Source of the DNA: Polyangiaceae bacterium
GTDB lineage: Bacteria; Myxococcota_A; Polyangia; Polyangiales; Polyangiaceae
Assembly (NCBI GenBank): GCA_033763455.1
Contig: JANRKO010000005.1
Span: forward strand, 1-53,986
Length of the DNA stretch: 53,986 nucleotides
Direction: 5' to 3'
Shown here: in pieces, positions 48,939-53,986 of the stretch
Numbering within the stretch: position 1 is the first letter of the stretch
Layout of the letters: each line of letters opens with the position of its first letter
Made by a program: the position numbers and the translations under genes
The notes under the pieces: model-generated
Database searches by the model: none
Told to the model about the DNA's origin: nothing
The model's input: the letters and a program-made list of their open reading frames with translations, nothing else

Positions 48939-49687
48939 GCAGCTTCAACGGCGTCTCACGGGTTCCCATGCACAGTGCGCCTCAATCTGGCGGCGCCGAA
49001 AGACCCCTAAGGCTCGGAACTCGCACCGCCTTGATGCGAGTGGTGGTGGTGCGCTCCGTGCTCATCTTCACCCACGCAACGTGCATCTTCCCAACCCACC
49101 CAATAGGGGCCGTCGGGGCCATGTTCGGCCAGGCGGTACATCGAACCGAAATCGCGCTGGCGCGAGCGCTCCACACCACTTGCTCCGTTTCGCGCGGCCC
49201 CTCGTTCACCCAAGCGCTCACTGTGGGCACATCAACAAGGCGGTCCTACCCGTGTGCTATACTCGTGGCTGCCGACAGGGGTGTACTGAATTGTGCTTTG
49301 GGTGCAAATCCTCCTACCGTTCGCGTGCAGCTCCCGGCTCCACGGCGCGAATCTGGCACAAGACCAAACTGCCACTCGGCTTTTCAACGCCAGAGCCATC
49401 ACGCGGTCACCGCGGCTGACAGCGAATTAACACCACAGCCACGCCCCCGGGGGCCACGTTCTGATGACAACGAAATGCCATCTTAAAGACTGAGCATCGT
49501 CACTGGCCGTTGGGTCAGTGCCTCGCAACGTCGGGATGAGTGGGCGTAAAGTGGCTCCTCGTTGGGCGCACCACTCAAAGAATGTCCTATTGAGCCGCTG
49601 AGCGACGCCAACTAGGTTTGTGGGGTCGCGGCTGCGGACAGTCAGCTGTCAAAGGGGTACGCGTTCGAGGAATGTCGTTAACAGAGG

Positions 49688-52318
49688 GTGCTCAGCATGA
49701 TTGAAAACAAGATTCCAAACAATATCGTCCGTGCGGCCACCGATCGCTTAAAGCGGGCTCAGACGGACATTTCTAACTCGATCCAACAAATTCGAAGGGG
49801 CCAGCCACTTAAAGCTGAGCCCTCTGAAGAGCGAGCAATGATGCGTGTAGCGTCGGCTCTGAATGTCGATCAGGCCACTGCGCTCCGAGTGGTTCACTAT
49901 GAGTCGCCTAGTGAGCTCAACTTGACTCCCGGGCAACGCCGGCGGGCCGAGGCGCTCCAGGGCAAAACAGTCGACTATCTTGGGGTTGCTTGGTTAGAAG
50001 CGGGCAGGTTAGCGAGCTCGGCTGTGGCACGCATCGTGGATAATGCAGGCGCTCCGATCGGCACCGGCTTCTTGGTCTCTTCAAATCTGCTTATCACCAA
50101 CAACCACGTGATCCCCAATCAGGACGCGGCGCAGACGATGCTGGCCGAATTCCGCTTTGAGGAAGGAAATGACAGCAGAGCGCTCAGGCCGGTACGTTTT
50201 CGGCTGGACCCAGGGAGGTTCTTTGTCACCAATGCCGAAGATAATCTGGACTTTACTCTCGTGAAACTGGGAGCTGCACTCGATGGCGGCACTCAAGCTC
50301 GTGAGTTTGGCTGCTGCCCATTGAGCGACAGCCAGGCAAAGCATTCAGTGGGCGAGCTCGCCAATGTCGTGCAACATCCAGACGGAGGCATGAAGCAAAT
50401 CGTGATCCGCGAAAATCGCATCTTGAATCGCGGGCAAACCGTTCTCCACTACACGGCCGATACTCAGCCTGGCTCGTCGGGCTCGCCGGTCTTCAACGAT
50501 GATTGGCAGGTCATCGCCCTACATCACTGGGGAGAACCCTTCCGGGAGCTTCTGGATCCCGAAGGCAATCCTGTGGCACGCGGAGTGAACGAGGGTATTC
50601 GCATCAGCGCTATCGTCGATGAACTCAGAAGCATTCGCGAGCGGCTCCAACCCCCGCAACGGCAGTTGTTGGATGAGGCTTTGACAGCGGCTCCGCCGAG
50701 TGAGCTTGGCCCGCTGCCTGCACATCCTGACCGACAGCCCGGCGATTCCAGAATCAACCGCCTTGGCTACAACACTGCGAATGGCAACGGTCGCCAGCCC
50801 CACGGGACCAGCGTCTGGCCAGCAGCGTTTGAAAATGAGATTCAAGCTAATGGGCGAGGCTCGACTGAGGGGGTTGGGCCAGAGCGGGTGCAAATAGACA
50901 CGCGCTATTCAAATCGGCGCGGCTACAATGAACGCTTTTTGCGGAGCTTTCCCATACCGCTTCCGCAACTCTCCTCCAAGCAGCGGCGACAGGCAGCGCG
51001 GGTGAGAAGCTCAGGCGACAATCCCAATCCCTTTGAGCTCAAGTATGAACATTTCAGCATCGTTGTGAACGCGCGACGTCGTATGCCGTTTTTCTCGATC
51101 TGCAACATCGATGGATCGCGTCGCTTTACCGTCGATCGCGGGACGGGTCAGGTGCGGAGTGCGGAGGCGGCGGAGGCCACGGAGGCGTGGGCAATAGATC
51201 CACGCATCGAGCCTGAAGCCCAACTGGATGACGCCTTTTACGCGAGGGTACGCCGGGCGATGAACGGACGTGATTTCTTCGCGCGCGGCCACATGACCCG
51301 GCGGCAAGATCCGCTTTGGGGCAGCGCCAATTCCGCCTTGCGCGCGAACGCGGATACGTTTCACCATACGAACGGATGCCCGCAGGTGCAATACGCCTTT
51401 AACGGATCTCAACGGGTCTGGCAGGGCATTGAGAACTTCATCCTGGACGCCGCGGACGAGGCGGACGCCCGCATCACTGTGATCACGGGCCCTATATTTG
51501 GTGAAAACGATCCCGTGTTCGAGGATGAGGAGCTTGGCGCCATCGCTTTTCCACGACAATTTTGGAAGATTGTGGCGCGGGTCGAGGAGGATCGCCCTCT
51601 GGTGTTCGCCGTCCTCGCCGATCAAAGCCGAGCGATGGAGGCGTTGTTCGCCGCCCGGCGCGAGACACTTTTCGATTGGCCACGTAACTTGAGTCGGGAA
51701 TTTCAGTCGAGCGTAAGCGAGATAGCGGCGCTCACGGGTCTAGATTTCGGCGATCTCGAGACATTCGATGTGCGTGGTGCCGAGAGTTTGCCAGCGCCTG
51801 CTGAAAGCGCGAGTTCATTCGCAATGCTAAAGACGTCGCGCCCGAGCAGCGCCGGTTTTGGTCGATTTCCAACTATCAGCGAGTTCCTAGAAACTTGGGA
51901 GTCATACCGTCGGGTTAACGTCGGCTCCGACAATGGTGAGCGCAAGAAGGGCAAGAGCGCGGGGAGCGGTCGCATGGAGGTCGAAGTCGAAGGCACCGTA
52001 ACGCGTGTCCTTTCAGATGACCTAAGCGGAGGCCTGCACCAACAGTTCACCATTCACCTTCAGTCGCCCAAGAACCTCCCCGAGTCCTTGCAGGGAGAGG
52101 TCAAAAAGGCTCTCGACGCTGGTGGTGAGGTGCGAGTGGTGGTCGCGTACGGCGATGGGCGCACCTCCTTGGATCGAATGCAGGGGATCCGCGCCGGCGC
52201 CAAGCTTCAGCTCAAGGGGGAATGGATTCCAGCCCAGAAAGCCCGCGAGCTCGGTGGCGATCCAGTGCCCGTTCTGCACCACTTCCGAGAGCGAGTTCTG
52301 CCCGAGAGTACCAACTAG
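49688..52318 (+). CDS. Trypsin/V8-like serine protease fused to a DNA/RNA non-specific (His-Me) endonuclease and a C-terminal DUF3465-like OB fold
   Basis: Protease: GTGFLV, TNNHV, LDFTLV, QHP.G, HYTADTQPGSSGSPVFN, ALHH. Nuclease: LKYEHFS, ARGHMTRRQD, TFHHTNGCPQ..FN...WQGIE, TGPIF. OB-like: GTVTRVLSDD...HQQF...KGEWI. Confidence 0.9.
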   Translation: MLSMIENKIPNNIVRAATDRLKRAQTDISNSIQQIRRGQPLKAEPSEERAMMRVASALNVDQATALRVVHYESPSELNLTPGQRRRAEALQGKTVDYLGVAWLEAGRLASSAVARIVDNAGAPIGTGFLVSSNLLITNNHVIPNQDAAQTMLAEFRFEEGNDSRALRPVRFRLDPGRFFVTNAEDNLDFTLVKLGAALDGGTQAREFGCCPLSDSQAKHSVGELANVVQHPDGGMKQIVIRENRILNRGQTVLHYTADTQPGSSGSPVFNDDWQVIALHHWGEPFRELLDPEGNPVARGVNEGIRISAIVDELRSIRERLQPPQRQLLDEALTAAPPSELGPLPAHPDRQPGDSRINRLGYNTANGNGRQPHGTSVWPAAFENEIQANGRGSTEGVGPERVQIDTRYSNRRGYNERFLRSFPIPLPQLSSKQRRQAARVRSSGDNPNPFELKYEHFSIVVNARRRMPFFSICNIDGSRRFTVDRGTGQVRSAEAAEATEAWAIDPRIEPEAQLDDAFYARVRRAMNGRDFFARGHMTRRQDPLWGSANSALRANADTFHHTNGCPQVQYAFNGSQRVWQGIENFILDAADEADARITVITGPIFGENDPVFEDEELGAIAFPRQFWKIVARVEEDRPLVFAVLADQSRAMEALFAARRETLFDWPRNLSREFQSSVSEIAALTGLDFGDLETFDVRGAESLPAPAESASSFAMLKTSRPSSAGFGRFPTISEFLETWESYRRVNVGSDNGERKKGKSAGSGRMEVEVEGTVTRVLSDDLSGGLHQQFTIHLQSPKNLPESLQGEVKKALDAGGEVRVVVAYGDGRTSLDRMQGIRAGAKLQLKGEWIPAQKARELGGDPVPVLHHFRERVLPESTN

Positions 52319-52529
52319 AAGGCAACGCCGTCGAACACCCGGACGCTGCGCGGGGTGGTAGGATTGTGGACTTGGGCGCTCGCACTATGAACGATGTTTG
52401 GACCTCGCTCGGTCAGCTCTTCGGGGTCAGCGGGACCTTTGGTGATCCAACGCCAACACCAAGGACCTTTGAAGCCACAAAACCCTTGAGCTTCTAGTGC
52501 TGGTGGTCCCCGAAGGCACCTCGCCGCAC

Positions 52530-53850
52530 TCATTGCGCCATGAGCGACTTAGCGGTCCCGAATAGCCGTGCGAACTCAGCCTTGTCCGGGGCGCCCATCA
52601 TGCCCTGGTGCATCACGATGCTTTCAATCGTGGCAAGGGCAGCCTTATCCGCGTAGGGGCTTTGTTTCAGGATCTCTGCGTACGCAGAGATGGCCGCGGC
52701 CCACTGGAAGTCACTGTCCAGATCCAAATAGCTCGCGCCCACTCCGGCAGCCGCAAGGCTTGAGTTGACCTCGAGCGCTGGATCCGTCTCGTTGGCTCCG
52801 GGCTGCTTGTAGCGCAGTTTGATCAGAGCGAGGTCCGAGGCCGCGACCTCGGCGGCTCCCGTGTGCGCGGCTCCATCTTCGGCAGCCGGGGCACCGGAAA
52901 CGTTCGGGAGCATCCCTCCTGCCAGCACGAGCTCGTAGAGCGCGGTTACCTGGTGACCTGCACCGATTTCCCCAGCGTCGATAATATCGTTCCGAAAGTT
53001 TGCGTCGGCAATGGCACGGTTTTCGTAGCCCAGCAAACGATACGCGAATACCGCGTTCGCGTTGAACTCAACCTGGATCTTCACGTCCTTGGCGATGTGC
53101 ACGAGCGTGGAAAGCATGCGCTGGGTCACGTAGCTTGTGGCTTGCTCGGGGTTCGAAATCACCCCGTAGATCCCGTTGCCTGCGTTGCTCACGGACTCCA
53201 TGAGCGCGTCGTTCAGATTGCCGACGCCGAAGCCAAGCACGGTCAAGGTCACTCCCGTCTTGCGCTTTTCCTCAATCAGCTTGACCAGCTCGGCCGTCGA
53301 AAACGGACCCACGTTGAAATCCCCATCCGTACACAGCACCACGTGATTGATGCCTCCCGGGATGAACCCGGCCTGGGCCTGCTGATAGGCGAGATCGATG
53401 CCCGCTGCACCAGCTGTGCTCCCTGCACTCGTCAAACCGTTAATAGTGTTGGTAATAGCCTGCGCCTGTGAGACCGGGGTAGGCCCCAGCCTTACGCTTG
53501 TATCGCCCGCGTAGCTCACCACCGAAATTGTGTCAGTCGGCGCCAAGATCCCAACCGTTTCGCTGAGAACCTGCTGCACCAACGGCAGCTTGTCGGCGCT
53601 CTGCATGCTCCCCGATGTGTCCACCAGAAACACGATATTGGCGGGCTTCTTGGACTCTGGCGGCGGATTTTTGCCTTGAATCCCAACTCGCATGAGGACG
53701 GTTCCGCGTTCGAACAAGTTTGGCGCAGCAGCCACGGACACGCTGAACGGCACAGCTGAATCCGTAGCAGGGGCTACGTAGCCGTACTTGAAGGAGTTCA
53801 CGTACTCCTCGAGCCGCACGCTTTCCTTCTGAGGTAGGGACCCTAAGTTA
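52530..53850 (-). pseudogene. YfbK-like vWA (plus DUF3520-like) protein, 5'-truncated
   Basis: LP..ESVRLEEYVN.F.Y, FLVDTSGSM, TDGDFNVG, AKDVKIQVEFN, YRLLGYENR, DAGEIGAGH.VTALYE. It lacks the upstream STF..DVDTASY segment and a signal peptide; coding similarity stops at 53850. Confidence 0.8.
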
Positions 53851-53986
53851 GTTCTCATCCAGAAACGGCAAGAGCTCGAAAATAAAGCTGTTCTTGATGG
53901 TTAATGATGGAAATAAAAGCATCGGAGTGCGTGTTTTCTCGGGGTTCCTCCAAGAACGCTCGAAAGAAACGGCACTCCGATGCGAG
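53851..53986 (+). mobile_element. Probable insertion-sequence end interrupting the vWA gene
   Basis: Abrupt AT-rich sequence beginning GTTCTCATCCAGAAA after TTA. A 12-bp inverted repeat (53919-53930 / 53972-53983) would sequester an ATG at 53980. Confidence 0.5.

Noticed and set aside
48940..49687. ORFs 48904..49419, 48968..49486 and 49007..49213, including a WHKTKLPL stretch resembling IS1595 transposases and a His-rich tail
   Set aside because: Similarity is too short, with no DDE domain or terminal repeats; probably intergenic or decayed DNA.
298..53471. Numerous short antisense or overlapping ORFs in the six-frame track
   Set aside because: Typical GC-rich shadow ORFs overlapping well-supported genes, with no recognisable motifs.

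Overview
GC-rich bacterial chromosomal window, most likely from a myxobacterium (Polyangiaceae/Sorangiineae-like; inferred from the DUF1592/DUF1552 pairs, ECF sigma plus FecR/TPR anti-sigma pairs, Gly-rich lipoproteins and PrkA). It has five parts. (1) 1-11.6 kb: an apparent poly-gamma-glutamate (PGA)-related envelope locus. A double-PgsC/CapC membrane protein fused to degenerate hydrolase-like domains is split by one in-frame TAG. It is translationally coupled to a 662-aa exported protein and a ~1405-aa protein with a C-terminal beta-barrel-like region, and sits beside two lipoproteins with PghP-like Zn-hydrolase motifs. (2) 14.6-39.8 kb: a glycan-sensing island with three DUF1592(haem c)/DUF1552(Tat, His-rich) pairs, three ECF sigma/anti-sigma pairs, an XylR-type regulator, a PL7 alginate lyase, and LamG-like, Cip1-like and vWA lipoproteins. 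Matching promoter/operator motifs for two of the ECFs and for the XylR-type regulator can be read directly from the DNA. (3) Five toxin-antitoxin loci interspersed, three of them decayed or attenuated. (4) Housekeeping genes: TPR-2OG oxygenase, prkA, ppk1, moeA. (5) A trypsin/V8 protease-endonuclease-OB-fold fusion, and a YfbK-like vWA gene truncated by a probable IS end at the window edge. No rRNA, tRNA or CRISPR array was seen. All family calls come from motif recognition by eye; no searches were run.
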